From positions 21,377-85,376 of the forward strand of contig JAYKGU010000213.1 in the NCBI GenBank assembly GCA_035285585.1: a stretch of 64,000 bases of DNA. Reading direction: 5' to 3'. Below the pieces are notes generated by a model. It saw only the letters and a list, made by a program, of their open reading frames with translations, ran no database searches and was not told where the DNA came from. This DNA is from Synechococcales cyanobacterium (lineage in GTDB: Bacteria > Cyanobacteriota > Cyanobacteriia > CAKZMO01). Below are positions 39,565-48,842 of the stretch, piece by piece. The number at the start of each line of letters is the position of its first letter. Position 1 is the first letter of the stretch. The position numbers and the translations under genes were made by a program.

Positions 39565-41421
39565 ATGGGCAAAAACATGAATGTCACGAAACGAGCGGTG
39601 CGGTTTCTGGCGATCGCCCTCCTCTCTTCCCTACTGGTCACGGGAACGGCAGCGGGGGCGATCGCCCAGCTCTTTAACCTGCCTTCCCCACCTCCCGACA
39701 CTGCGCCCCAGCCCCAGCTTCAGATCCAGCGCCAGGGCAATATCGAATACGCCTACGTTTCCCTGGACGGCAAGCCGCTCTTTCCAGTGGCAGCTCCCGT
39801 ACGGGAGGCAGCGACTGAACCGGCTGTCGGGTCTGATAGGTCTGAGCCTGAAATGCTGTCGGAAGGAATTCCCTCCATCCAGCGGCGGGTGGAGCAGGTG
39901 GAGAATAACCTGGCCCTGGTGCTGGCGCGGGGCGGCGATCCCCAGGAGTTGCGGGTGGTGGCGGGACAGATTAATAACCAGTCGGTGATTTTTGCGGCGG
40001 ATCGGCAGGGGTTGCGATCGCTACAAATCGTCACCCTCACCGACCTGGACGTCAAGCTCTCTGGACTGAGCGAATCCGAACTGGTGCTCAACTGGGTCAC
40101 CACCCTGCGCTCGGCCCTGACCCAGGCCCTGCGGGAGCGTCAACCGGACTTTTTACGCCAGCAAGGGATTCAGGCCGCTCAGATTCTGGGAGTGGTCATG
40201 CTGATCAGTCTGGGGGTGGCGCTGGTGCAGCGATCGCTCAAACGCCGCTGGAATCACCTCAACCAGCTACCACCCGAACTCTCTGCCAAAATGGCCGCCG
40301 ACATGGCGGCTGACATGGCGGGCAAAGACGACGTCAGGGCCGATGTTCACGAAATGGCCACCCTCAAGCCCCTCCAGCTTTTAGCCCTGCATCTGCCCCA
40401 GATGACCCGCGCCCGCCAGCAGAACATCAACGTCCTCTTTCGCCGCCTGCTGCAGTGGGTGCAGGTGGCCCTCTGGCTGGGGGCAATGATCTGGAGCCTT
40501 ACCCTGTTCCCCCAGACGCGGGAGGTGGGCCAGTGGCTGGCGCGGGTGCCCGTGCGGCTGCTGATGATCCTGCTGGTGATGGGCTTTGCCAATAAGCTGG
40601 CGGAGGTGCTGATTGACTATTTCCTCCAGGTGTGGGCCGAGCAGGAGTCCATCAACCCCAACGGTGCCCACCGCCAGGCGTGCCGTGCCCCCACTTTTTC
40701 CGTGGCGCTGAAGGGCTTTGCCATGCTGGTGGTGCTGGTGGTGGGGGTCATCTGGGCGCTGTATGAGCTGCGGGTGCCCATCGCCCCCATCCTCACCGGA
40801 GCGGGCATTCTGGGGGTGGCCCTCTCCCTCAGCGCTCAAAATTTGATTAAGGACATGATCAACGGCTCGTTTATTCTGCTGGAGGATCAGTACGCCGTGG
40901 GGGACGTGATTGCCGTGGGGGACGTGCTGGGATTCGTGGAGCACATCAGCCTGCGCATTACCCAGCTACGCACCCCCGATGGGGAACTGGTAACCATTCC
41001 CAATGGGGCGATCGCCACCGTGCGCAACCTCTCCAATGGCTGGTCCCGAGTTAACTTCGAAATCGAAGTGTCCTACGACACGGATGCGGACAAGGCCATG
41101 CAAATTATGGAGGCGGTGGCCGAGGGGATGCGCCAGGAACCGGAGTGGGGCGATCGCATCCTGGAACCCGCCCAGATCCTCGGCGTAGACAAACTGGCCC
41201 ATACGGGCATCCTCATTCGCGTGTGGATTAAAACCCGTCCCCTGCAACAGTGGAACGTGTCGCGGGAGTATCGCCGCCGCCTGAAGCGGGCCTTTGAAGA
41301 GCACCATATTCCCATCGGCGTGCCCCAGCAGTTCCTCCGGGTGAAGAATGCCGATGCCCTGACCCTGATGGAGGAAACAGTAATCGAGGAGAAAGAGCGA
41401 TCGCCTTCTCCGCCTTCCTAG
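39565..41421 (+). CDS. MscS-family mechanosensitive channel with a large N-terminal periplasmic domain
   Basis: Signal peptide, then a ~190-aa extracytoplasmic region and TM segments. MscS core: NLIKDMINGSFILLEDQYAVGDVIAVGDVLGFVEHISLRITQLRTPDGELVTIPNG. It starts 8 nt after the ABC stop. Confidence 0.85.
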   Translation: MGKNMNVTKRAVRFLAIALLSSLLVTGTAAGAIAQLFNLPSPPPDTAPQPQLQIQRQGNIEYAYVSLDGKPLFPVAAPVREAATEPAVGSDRSEPEMLSEGIPSIQRRVEQVENNLALVLARGGDPQELRVVAGQINNQSVIFAADRQGLRSLQIVTLTDLDVKLSGLSESELVLNWVTTLRSALTQALRERQPDFLRQQGIQAAQILGVVMLISLGVALVQRSLKRRWNHLNQLPPELSAKMAADMAADMAGKDDVRADVHEMATLKPLQLLALHLPQMTRARQQNINVLFRRLLQWVQVALWLGAMIWSLTLFPQTREVGQWLARVPVRLLMILLVMGFANKLAEVLIDYFLQVWAEQESINPNGAHRQACRAPTFSVALKGFAMLVVLVVGVIWALYELRVPIAPILTGAGILGVALSLSAQNLIKDMINGSFILLEDQYAVGDVIAVGDVLGFVEHISLRITQLRTPDGELVTIPNGAIATVRNLSNGWSRVNFEIEVSYDTDADKAMQIMEAVAEGMRQEPEWGDRILEPAQILGVDKLAHTGILIRVWIKTRPLQQWNVSREYRRRLKRAFEEHHIPIGVPQQFLRVKNADALTLMEETVIEEKERSPSPPS

Positions 41422-41424
41422 TGC

Positions 41425-41430
41425 TATAAT
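41425..41430 (+). promoter_or_regulatory. Candidate -10 box for rpmI-rplT
   Basis: Perfect TATAAT 30 nt upstream of the rpmI ATG. No convincing -35 box was seen. Confidence 0.3.
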
Positions 41431-41460
41431 GCTAGACCGTGCTGATTGAAGAGATTTCCC

Positions 41461-41658
41461 ATGCCCAAGCTCAAATCGCGTAAAGCTGCCGCCAAGCGAT
41501 TCCGTCGCAGCGGCTCCGGTAAAATCATGCGCCGCAAGGCATACCGCAACCACCTGCTGGAGCATAAAACCAGCGCCCGCAAGCAGCGGTTGGGGCAGGT
41601 GACCACTGTCCACGAAACGGATGCAGAAAACGTAGAGCTGATGCTGCCCTACCTTTAA
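41461..41658 (+). CDS. rpmI: 50S ribosomal protein L35
   Basis: [36 protein letters not shown]... is a typical L35. The true ATG is at 41461, inside the longer TTG-initiated ORF. Confidence 0.92.
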   Translation: MPKLKSRKAAAKRFRRSGSGKIMRRKAYRNHLLEHKTSARKQRLGQVTTVHETDAENVELMLPYL

Positions 41659-41735
41659 GCAGTCCTGTTTGTTCAGTCCTGACCGAGTACAGAATCCCTT
41701 TTAGCCCATAACTAGCCAGATCGAGGATAGAAACG

Positions 41736-42089
41736 ATGGCACGTGTGAAGCGCGGCAATGTAGCTCGAAAGCGCCGCAACAAAATTTTGAAGCTTGCGAA
41801 AGGATTTCGCGGTTCCCACTCCAAGCTGTTCCGCACCGCCAACCAGCAGGTGATGAAGGCGTTGCGCTATGCCTATCGCGATCGCCGCAACCGGAAGCGG
41901 GACTTTCGGCGGTTGTGGATTGCCCGGATTAACGCCGCCGCTCGCCAAAACGGCATGAGCTACAGCCAGCTCATCGGGGCCATGAAGAAGGCTGATATCC
42001 AGCTCAATCGCAAGATGCTGGCCCAGATGGCTATCCTTGACCCCAATGGGTTTGCCCAGGTCGTTGCCGTTGCCGCCCAAGCACGGTAA
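41736..42089 (+). CDS. rplT: 50S ribosomal protein L20
   Basis: [43 protein letters not shown]... is a typical L20. Confidence 0.93.
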   Translation: MARVKRGNVARKRRNKILKLAKGFRGSHSKLFRTANQQVMKALRYAYRDRRNRKRDFRRLWIARINAAARQNGMSYSQLIGAMKKADIQLNRKMLAQMAILDPNGFAQVVAVAAQAR

Positions 42090-42094
42090 AGTTT

Positions 42095-42892
42095 GTGACC
42101 TCTTCAAGGCGATCCGTCAATCCCGGCTGGGGTTGGCTGATGGGATTCTGTATCGCTGGGGCACAGGTGATTGTGCCCCAGTTTTGCGTGGCCGCTGAAC
42201 TATCAGAGATTCAGGATCGGGGTTACCTGATTGTGGCGGTGAAGGACAGTGTGCGCCCCCTGGCCTATCGGGATGAGGCTGGCGAACTGGTTGGCCTGGA
42301 AATTGATCTGGCCCGCCAACTCGCCGCTGTCCTGCTGGGAGACGCCAACGCGGTGCAGCTTTTACCCGTTTCTAACCAGGAGCGGTTTCCGGCCCTGCTC
42401 AACGACGAAGTGGATCTGGTCATCGCTCGCACTACGGTGACGGTGCCCCGCGCCCGCATCGTGGACTTTAGCCTACCCTACTATCTGGACGGCACGGCCC
42501 TCGTAACCCTCGATCCCACGGCGCAGCGGTTGGCTGATCTGGCTACCGCCAACATCGCTGTACTCTACGGCTCGACGACCATTGATGCTTTGCGATCGCT
42601 CCTCCCCAATGCCCGTCTGGTTGGGGCCGAGTCCTATCAGGAGGCTCTGGCGGCGGTAGCAGCGGGAGAGGTAACCGCCTTCGCCGCCGATGCTAGCGTT
42701 TTGACCGGGTGGGTGCAGGAAAATCCCCAGTACCGCCTGTTGCCGACGCTGCTGTCGGGGGAAGCGCTGGCGATCGCCATGCCCCGAGGGTTGCAGTATG
42801 ACGAGCTGCGGCAGCGGGTGAACGGGGCGATCGAACAGTGGTATGCCGATGGCTGGCTGCAAGAGCGCATTAACTATTGGGGGCTGCCCTAG
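42095..42892 (+). CDS. Amino-acid ABC transporter substrate-binding protein (family 3 SBP)
   Basis: Signal-like N-terminus, then GYLIVAVKDSVRPLAYRDEAGELVGLEIDLARQLA and DLVIARTTVTVPRARIVDFSLPYY, typical of polar amino-acid binding proteins. The start is uncertain (GTG 42095 or ATG 42140). Confidence 0.75.
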   Translation: MTSSRRSVNPGWGWLMGFCIAGAQVIVPQFCVAAELSEIQDRGYLIVAVKDSVRPLAYRDEAGELVGLEIDLARQLAAVLLGDANAVQLLPVSNQERFPALLNDEVDLVIARTTVTVPRARIVDFSLPYYLDGTALVTLDPTAQRLADLATANIAVLYGSTTIDALRSLLPNARLVGAESYQEALAAVAAGEVTAFAADASVLTGWVQENPQYRLLPTLLSGEALAIAMPRGLQYDELRQRVNGAIEQWYADGWLQERINYWGLP

Positions 42893-42935
42893 CCTAATCA
42901 ATTCAAGGGCTTGCCGCTTTAAGCGGGCAATATTA

Positions 42936-42971
42936 GCGAGACAGTGGGGCGTTCCGCTGTCTCGCCTTTTT
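42936..42971 (+). terminator. Rho-independent terminator after the SBP gene
   Basis: 9-bp stem gcgagacag (42936-42944) / ctgtctcgc (42957-42965), a 12-nt loop, then cttttt. Confidence 0.6.
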
Positions 42972-43080
42972 GATACCTCAAATCCGAATGAATTTTGATC
43001 CCCGCTGATGAATACCGGGGGATTCAGGTAAGCTGAGAAAGCGATATCGCCTCTACGCTCTGTTCACCCCATCCACAGAA

Positions 43081-43614
43081 ATGGACATCAGTTCACTTCC
43101 CATCGTCTATCTCAGTATTCTCGTCATTTTCCTGGCAGTCTCAGCCGTTCTGGTGGTGCGGCAGGTGGTCAAAACTCGGCGCGTCGAAACCCGGTTCAAT
43201 CGCCTACAAAATAAGCTCACTAAAGAAAAGGGCACTGCTCAGGAGTACTACGAACTCAGCGGTATTTACCTCGATAAAAAGCTTTATATCCAAGCGATTA
43301 CCCTGCTGCAAAAGGCCCTCAAAGCCAAGGATTTGGGCGATGGTGAGAATGCAGCCCTGGTTTACAACGCCCTTGGCTTTGCCTACGCCTCCCAGGAGCA
43401 GTACGATCTGGCGATTCGGCAGTACAAAGAGGCATTAGACCGCACCCCCGACTACGTCACCTGCCTCAATAACCTGGGCTTTGCCTACGAGAAAAAGCAG
43501 CTTGCGGCGCAGGCGCTGGAAACCTACGAAGAAGCCCTCAAGCACGAGCCGAAAAACTCGGTGGCCAAACGCCGCGCCGAATCCCTGCGGAAGCGATTTG
43601 CCCCAGCCAGCTAG
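43081..43614 (+). CDS. TPR-repeat protein with an N-terminal TM anchor (Ycf37-like architecture)
   Basis: 177 aa: one N-terminal TM helix, then three TPR-like units (AQEYYELSGIYLDKKLYIQAITLLQKAL..., ALVYNALGFAYASQEQYDLAIRQYKEAL..., TCLNNLGFAYEKKQLAAQALETYEEAL). Size and layout match Ycf37/Pyg7-type PSI assembly factors. The assignment is not verified. Confidence 0.6.
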   Translation: MDISSLPIVYLSILVIFLAVSAVLVVRQVVKTRRVETRFNRLQNKLTKEKGTAQEYYELSGIYLDKKLYIQAITLLQKALKAKDLGDGENAALVYNALGFAYASQEQYDLAIRQYKEALDRTPDYVTCLNNLGFAYEKKQLAAQALETYEEALKHEPKNSVAKRRAESLRKRFAPAS

Positions 43615-43657
43615 GCTATGATTTGCATCCCAAGCTCCCTAATTCAGAACCTATCCC

Positions 43658-46261
43658 ATGCTGCATTCCTTTGATGAGTCCAACGGTCGTCGTAAGTTCG
43701 AATTGCCCGGAGCACGCCCCCACTACATCCCCGATCGCCCCGGTCAGGTCAAGCACATCACCCTAGATTTAGACCTGGACATTCCCAAACATCGCTACAC
43801 GGGCATCTGCACCATTCAAATTGACCCCATCCGCAGTGGCATCGAACAGCTCACCCTGGACGCCGTTAGCCTGATCATTGACGGGGTCACCGTGGGCGGT
43901 GTGGAGCAGCCCTACGACTACGACGGCGAGCAAATCCACGTGCGGCTCACGAGTCCGACGGTGGTGGGACGGGGGCTGGATCTGGCGATCGCCTACCACG
44001 TGGATCAGCCCCAGCGAGGCATCTATTTCATCACGCCCGACGAGCACGACCCAGATAAACCTGTCCAGGTGTGGACCCAGGGCGAAGATGAAGACTCCCG
44101 CTTCTGGTTCCCCTGTTTCGACTATCCCGGTCAGCTCGCTTCCTCGGAAATTCGGGTGCGGGTACCCAAGCCCCTGATGGCTATCTCCAACGGTGAGCTG
44201 GTGGAAACCCAGGAAGACGGCAACGCCAAAATCTACCACTGGTCCCAGCGGGAAATTCACCCCACCTATCTAATGACCCTGGCCGTGGGCGACTTTGCCG
44301 AAATCCGCGACGAGTGGCAGGGCAAGCCCGTGGTCTACTACGTAGAGAAGGGTCGGGAAGAGGACGCCCGCCGCACCATGGGCAAGACACCCCGCATGGT
44401 TGAGTTCTTCAGTCGGGCCTACGGCTATCCCTACGCCTTCCCCAAATACGCCCAGGTCTGCGTCAGGGACTTTATCTTTGGCGGCATGGAGAACACCTCC
44501 ACCACCCTGCTGACCGATCGCTGCCTGCTCGACGAACGGGCTGCCCTGGACAACCGCAGTTCCGAAAGCCTGGTAGCCCATGAATTAGCCCACCAGTGGT
44601 TTGGCGATTTGCTGGTCATCAAGCACTGGGCACACGCCTGGGTCAAAGAGGGCATGGCCTCCTATTCCGAGGTGATGTGGACAGAACAGGAGTATGGCGC
44701 GGATGAAGCCGCCTACTATCGCCTGAACGAGGCCAGGGGCTACCTGGACGAAGACGCTTCCCGCTACCGCCGCCCCATCGTCACCCACGTTTACCGGGAG
44801 CCGATTGAGCTGTATGACAGCCATATTTACGAGAAAGGGGCCTGTGTCTACCACATGATCCGCGCTGAGCTGGGGGACGAGCTGTTTGAGCGGGCCATCC
44901 ATACCTTTGTACAGGACAATGCCCACCGCACGGTGGAAACCATTGATCTGCTGCGGGCGATCGAAAAATCCACCGGACGCAACCTGCAATTTCTCTTCGA
45001 TCAGTACGTTTTCCGAGGCGGCCACCCCGACTATAAAGTGGCCTATAGCTGGGACAGCGACAGCAATCTGGCCAAGCTCACGGTGACCCAAACCCAGGCC
45101 AAAGAAGGGGATACCCCCGCCGAGCAGGATTTGTTTGACCTGAAAATTCCCATCGGTTTCGGGTTCACCCGCAAAGGGGACAAATCCCCTACGCTGCAAA
45201 CTTTTACGGTGCGGATGCACGAGCGGGAGCAAACCTTTTACATCCCCCTGACGGAGAAGCCCCAGTTTGTCAGCTTTGACGTGGGCAACCACTGGCTGAA
45301 AACCGTCACCCTGGAATATCCCGTGGCAGAACTGAAGGCCCAGCTTACCCATGACCCCGATCCCCTCTCCCGCATCCTGGCGGCGGAGGCGCTGGCCAAA
45401 AAAGGGAGTTTGGAAGCCGTCAATGCTCTGGCGGCTGCTCTTAAGGCCGAGCCGTTTTGGGGCGTGCGGGTAGAAATTGCCGATCAGTTGGCCTCAGTCA
45501 AACTGGATCAGGCCTTCGACGCCCTGCTTACTGGATTAAAGGATGCCCACCCCCGAGTGCGTCGTGCTGTGGTGCAGGGATTGGCCAAAATCAAAACCCG
45601 CGCTAGCTACAAAGCCCTGAAGCCCATCGTTGAGAAGGGCGATCCCAGCTACTACGTGGAAGCGGCGGCCATGCGATCGCTCGGCACCGTTGCCACGGGC
45701 ATCACCACGGGCAAGTCCAAAGAAGAAAAGACCCTGAAGCTGCTGACTTCTGTCCTGGAGGAGCGGGCGGGCTGGAACGAGGTGGTGCGCTCGGGGGCGA
45801 TCGCCGGCCTCAGCCAGATGAAAACCTCCGAAGCCGCCCTGGAAGCAATTTTCACCTACACCGAAATTGGCACCCCCCAGGCCCTGCGACTGGCCGCCAT
45901 CCGCGCCCTGGGATCTGTCTCCAGAGGCCAGACCCCGCCCAACCTGGAGCGCATTCTCAACCGCCTGGAGGAGCTGTCGGGGGAAACCTTCTTCCTCACC
46001 CAGGTGGCTACCGTTTCCGCTCTGGGCCAGATGGAGACGCAAAAGGCGATCGCCATCCTGCAATCTCTGGCCGACCAGTCCCCCGATGGCCGGGTGCGGC
46101 GACGGGCCGAGGAAGCCATCCAGAAGGTGCGCAAGGCCACCAAGCAAAACGAGGCCATCAAGCAGCTCCAGGACGAAGTCGATCAGCTCAAGAAGGACAA
46201 CCAGGAACTCCGCAGTCGTCTGGAAGAGCTGGAGGCCAAGGCAACATCAAAAAGCAAGTAG
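43658..46261 (+). CDS. M1-family aminopeptidase (aminopeptidase N-like) with C-terminal HEAT repeats
   Basis: GGMEN exopeptidase motif, HELAHQWFGD zinc motif and a downstream WVKEGMASY glutamate. The C-terminal ~300 aa are HEAT-like repeats plus a coiled-coil tail. Confidence 0.88.
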   Translation: MLHSFDESNGRRKFELPGARPHYIPDRPGQVKHITLDLDLDIPKHRYTGICTIQIDPIRSGIEQLTLDAVSLIIDGVTVGGVEQPYDYDGEQIHVRLTSPTVVGRGLDLAIAYHVDQPQRGIYFITPDEHDPDKPVQVWTQGEDEDSRFWFPCFDYPGQLASSEIRVRVPKPLMAISNGELVETQEDGNAKIYHWSQREIHPTYLMTLAVGDFAEIRDEWQGKPVVYYVEKGREEDARRTMGKTPRMVEFFSRAYGYPYAFPKYAQVCVRDFIFGGMENTSTTLLTDRCLLDERAALDNRSSESLVAHELAHQWFGDLLVIKHWAHAWVKEGMASYSEVMWTEQEYGADEAAYYRLNEARGYLDEDASRYRRPIVTHVYREPIELYDSHIYEKGACVYHMIRAELGDELFERAIHTFVQDNAHRTVETIDLLRAIEKSTGRNLQFLFDQYVFRGGHPDYKVAYSWDSDSNLAKLTVTQTQAKEGDTPAEQDLFDLKIPIGFGFTRKGDKSPTLQTFTVRMHEREQTFYIPLTEKPQFVSFDVGNHWLKTVTLEYPVAELKAQLTHDPDPLSRILAAEALAKKGSLEAVNALAAALKAEPFWGVRVEIADQLASVKLDQAFDALLTGLKDAHPRVRRAVVQGLAKIKTRASYKALKPIVEKGDPSYYVEAAAMRSLGTVATGITTGKSKEEKTLKLLTSVLEERAGWNEVVRSGAIAGLSQMKTSEAALEAIFTYTEIGTPQALRLAAIRALGSVSRGQTPPNLERILNRLEELSGETFFLTQVATVSALGQMETQKAIAILQSLADQSPDGRVRRRAEEAIQKVRKATKQNEAIKQLQDEVDQLKKDNQELRSRLEELEAKATSKSK

Positions 46262-46284
46262 GGGCAAATGGCCATTTGCCCTAC
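46258..46284. repeat. Palindromic element GTAGGGGCAAATGG/CCATTTGCCCTAC overlapping the aminopeptidase stop codon
   Basis: A near-perfect 27-nt palindrome. A related copy lies at 54000-54026 (gtaggggaaatggccatttgtccctac), and a shorter relative at 31570-31588 (gggcaaatgccctttgccc). Confidence 0.85.
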
Positions 46285-46346
46285 CCGTTCGCGTCCAAGC
46301 CCAACACTGCTAAATCCGTCAAATTTGTTCCAGGGAGAATGGTGTT

Positions 46347-46673
46347 ATGCGGTTTGATGCATTGAGTTTGCTGACAGGGTTATTAATCGGAGGGGCGATC
46401 GCCCCCACCCAGGCCCAACCCACGGTGGTCTACCACTGTGAGGGCGGCAGTGCGGTGGTGGTGCATGGCGATCGCCAGATCGTTCTCAGCCTGGGAGACG
46501 AAACCCTCCTGCTGCCCCAAATGGACACCAATCCAGTGACGGGGGAACCGCTCCCAGCCGCCGAGACGCGCTACGGAGATGGGGAAACCGTGTTGATTTT
46601 GCGGGGGGAAGAGGTGGCGATCGCCCGCAATAATCAAATCGTGTACCAAAATTGCCGGTACGGGCGATCGTGA
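46347..46673 (+). CDS. Small secreted protein, possibly an MliC/PliC-like lysozyme inhibitor
   Basis: Signal peptide (LLTGLLIGGAIAPTQAQ). The mature ~85 aa have Cys near both ends (VVYHCEGG ... YQNCRYG) and a central LLLPQ...ETRYGDG pattern reminiscent of the MliC family. Assignment from memory only. Confidence 0.45.
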   Translation: MRFDALSLLTGLLIGGAIAPTQAQPTVVYHCEGGSAVVVHGDRQIVLSLGDETLLLPQMDTNPVTGEPLPAAETRYGDGETVLILRGEEVAIARNNQIVYQNCRYGRS

Positions 46674-46682
46674 ACCCTGGAT

Positions 46683-46746
46683 GGGCGAAGCATTTCGTAG
46701 TAACCTTTGGTTCTTTTACCGAACGTGCTGCCGAAATGCTTCGCCC
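46683..46746. terminator. 15-bp-stem hairpin between convergent genes (candidate bidirectional terminator)
   Basis: gggcgaagcatttcg (46683-46697) pairs perfectly with cgaaatgcttcgccc (46732-46746), with a 34-nt loop. It sits between the 46673 (+) and 46756 (-) gene ends. Confidence 0.4.
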
Positions 46747-46755
46747 TACGAATGG

Positions 46756-48183
46756 TTAATCGTTGAAATGGTTGATGATTGCCGTGGCAAACTCCGAGCA
46801 CTTCAAAGGCGGCTGCACCGGCGGATCCATCATGCGGGCCAGGTCGTAGGTCACCTCCCGGTTGGAGATGGCGGCCCCGATACCCTTGCGGATTAGATCC
46901 GCGGCCTCCTGCCAGCCCATAAACTCCAGCATCATCACCCCCGACAGAATCACCGAGCCGGGATTAATCCGGTCAAGCCCAGCGTGTTTGGGGGCGGTGC
47001 CGTGGGTGGCTTCAAAGATGGCGCAGGTGTCCCCAATATTTGCCCCCGGCCCCATGCCCAGCCCTCCGACAATGGCGGCGGCGGCGTCTGAGAGGTAGTC
47101 GCCATTCAGGTTCATGGTGGCCAGGATGGAGTATTCATCCGGGCGGGTCTGAATTTGCTGAAAGATGCTGTCGGCGATGCGATCGTTGACCAGCACCTTG
47201 TCCTTCCACTGGCCGCTGCCGTGGGTGTCCCAAATTGTCTCCAGGGTGGCCTTCACCTCCTCGCAGGCTTCTGCCTTCTTCTCGGGGGTGAGGGCATCGT
47301 AGCCCGGTTCTACGAGACGGGCGTTGGCTTCAATGCTAAGGTTGGGGTCTGCCTCCCGGTTGCCAAGAATCCACGACTCCCGCTCGGTGACGCACTCGGC
47401 CCGAAACTCGGTTTGCGCCAGCTCATAGCCCCAGTCACGAAACGCACCTTCGGTGTATTTCATAATATTGCCCTTGTGCACCAGCGTCACCTGCTGCTTT
47501 TCCTTGGGCAGCCGCAGGGCGTGCTGAATGGCGCGACGCACCAGGCGCTGGGAACCCTGCTTGCTGATGGGCTTGATGCCAATGCCAGAATCCAGGGGAA
47601 TGCGTTTTTTACCGTGCTCAGGAGTTTCGGGAATCAGCTCGTCGTTGAGGAGTTTGATGAGGCGATCGCCAATTTCGCTGCCCTGCTTCCACTCAATCCC
47701 CAGGTAAATGTCCTCGGTATTCTCCCGGTAGACAATCACGTCCAGCTTTTCAGGGCTTTTGTGGGGCGACGGTGTACCAGGGTAATACCGGCAGGGGCGC
47801 ACACAGGCATAGAGATCATTGATTTGTCGGAGGGCCACGTTCAGCGACCGGATGCCGCCGCCGATGGGGGTAGTCAGCGGGCCTTTGATGGCGATACCGT
47901 ACTCACGAATGGCGGTGAGGGTGTCCTCTGGCAGGTACTGGTAGGTGCCGTAAACGTCGCACGCCTCGTCTCCTGCATAGATTTTGAACCAGACGATTTG
48001 GCGCTGGGTACCGTAGGCCGCCTCAACGGCGGCGTCAAAAACTCGCTGGGCCGCAGGCCAGATATCTACCCCGGTGCCGTCTCCTCGAATGAAGGGAATG
48101 ATCGGCATGTCGGGCACAACTGGTTCACCGTCCTTAAATACGATGCGATCGCCATGATCCGGTGGAGTAATTTTTTCGTACAT
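46756..48183 (-). CDS. icd: NADP-dependent isocitrate dehydrogenase
   Basis: 475 aa. MYEKITPP...[32 protein letters not shown] and [10 protein letters not shown] are motifs of the prokaryotic homodimeric IDH. Confidence 0.92.
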   Translation of the reverse strand: MYEKITPPDHGDRIVFKDGEPVVPDMPIIPFIRGDGTGVDIWPAAQRVFDAAVEAAYGTQRQIVWFKIYAGDEACDVYGTYQYLPEDTLTAIREYGIAIKGPLTTPIGGGIRSLNVALRQINDLYACVRPCRYYPGTPSPHKSPEKLDVIVYRENTEDIYLGIEWKQGSEIGDRLIKLLNDELIPETPEHGKKRIPLDSGIGIKPISKQGSQRLVRRAIQHALRLPKEKQQVTLVHKGNIMKYTEGAFRDWGYELAQTEFRAECVTERESWILGNREADPNLSIEANARLVEPGYDALTPEKKAEACEEVKATLETIWDTHGSGQWKDKVLVNDRIADSIFQQIQTRPDEYSILATMNLNGDYLSDAAAAIVGGLGMGPGANIGDTCAIFEATHGTAPKHAGLDRINPGSVILSGVMMLEFMGWQEAADLIRKGIGAAISNREVTYDLARMMDPPVQPPLKCSEFATAIINHFND

Positions 48184-48268
48184 GGAAGCTCAACTCGCTC
48201 ACAAAACGACCATCTGGAGAATATCAAGAAAATCAGGGAAACTGCCTGGAACAGACCTGCCAATACCG

Positions 48269-48422
48269 CTGATTGACTGACAAAAGTTTGTGGCCCTCAT
48301 CCCCAACCCCTCTCCCAGAGGGCGAGGGGAGCCGAACCAATGCTCCTGTTCCCTCTCCCTTCGGGAGAGGGCTAGGGTGAGGGCTTCCGGGCAGCGGTTC
48401 GTAAGTTTTGTCAGTCAACCAG
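48269..48422. mobile_element. 154-bp MITE with ~19-bp terminal inverted repeats and a 10-bp target-site duplication
   Basis: Left TIR ctgattgactgacaaaagt; reverse complement of the right TIR ctggttgactgacaaaact. It is flanked by direct repeats gccaataccg (48259-48268 and 48423-32). The interior is an imperfect long palindrome (gccctcatccccaacccctctccc... / ...gggagagggctagggtgagggc). Confidence 0.8.
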
Positions 48423-48842
48423 GCCAATACCGTTGTCCAGTAAGTAGGTAGCCATATAAATGAAGCTCTGGTGGGGTGCGCCCTCCGGCGGAGACGGACC
48501 TCACCTGCTTTAACGGATGTCCAGACACTTAGTTGTTTTATACATTGACCCGTTTTTTCGCAAAACCGCTTTCAATTAACAAGAACTTAACCTTCACAAA
48601 GCTGGCATCAAGCCTCGCGATGGAGTGGGGCGATCGCTGGGTAAATCCCATTCCCAATGGGAACACTCAAGATACAGTCCTACTCTTGCCTTACCTTTTG
48701 ACAATCCAAGAATTTTTTTCAAAAGGATGAGATGCGGCTGGTAACTTGCCCCGCTCGCGGTTCAGGCATCCTGAGATTGGTCAATCACTAAGGCTGCATC
48801 TCTAATGGCGGACTTAACACTGGCGACACCCATGTGCAACCG

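Noticed and set aside
47155-48276. 373-aa plus-strand ORF
   Set aside because: It is antisense to icd, whose minus-strand product is an unmistakable isocitrate dehydrogenase.
48233-48427. 64-aa ORF (…PSPLPKGEGTGALVRLPSPSGRGVGDEG…)
   Set aside because: It lies entirely within the 154-bp MITE and its flanks. Peptides of this kind are typical artefacts of translating palindromic elements.
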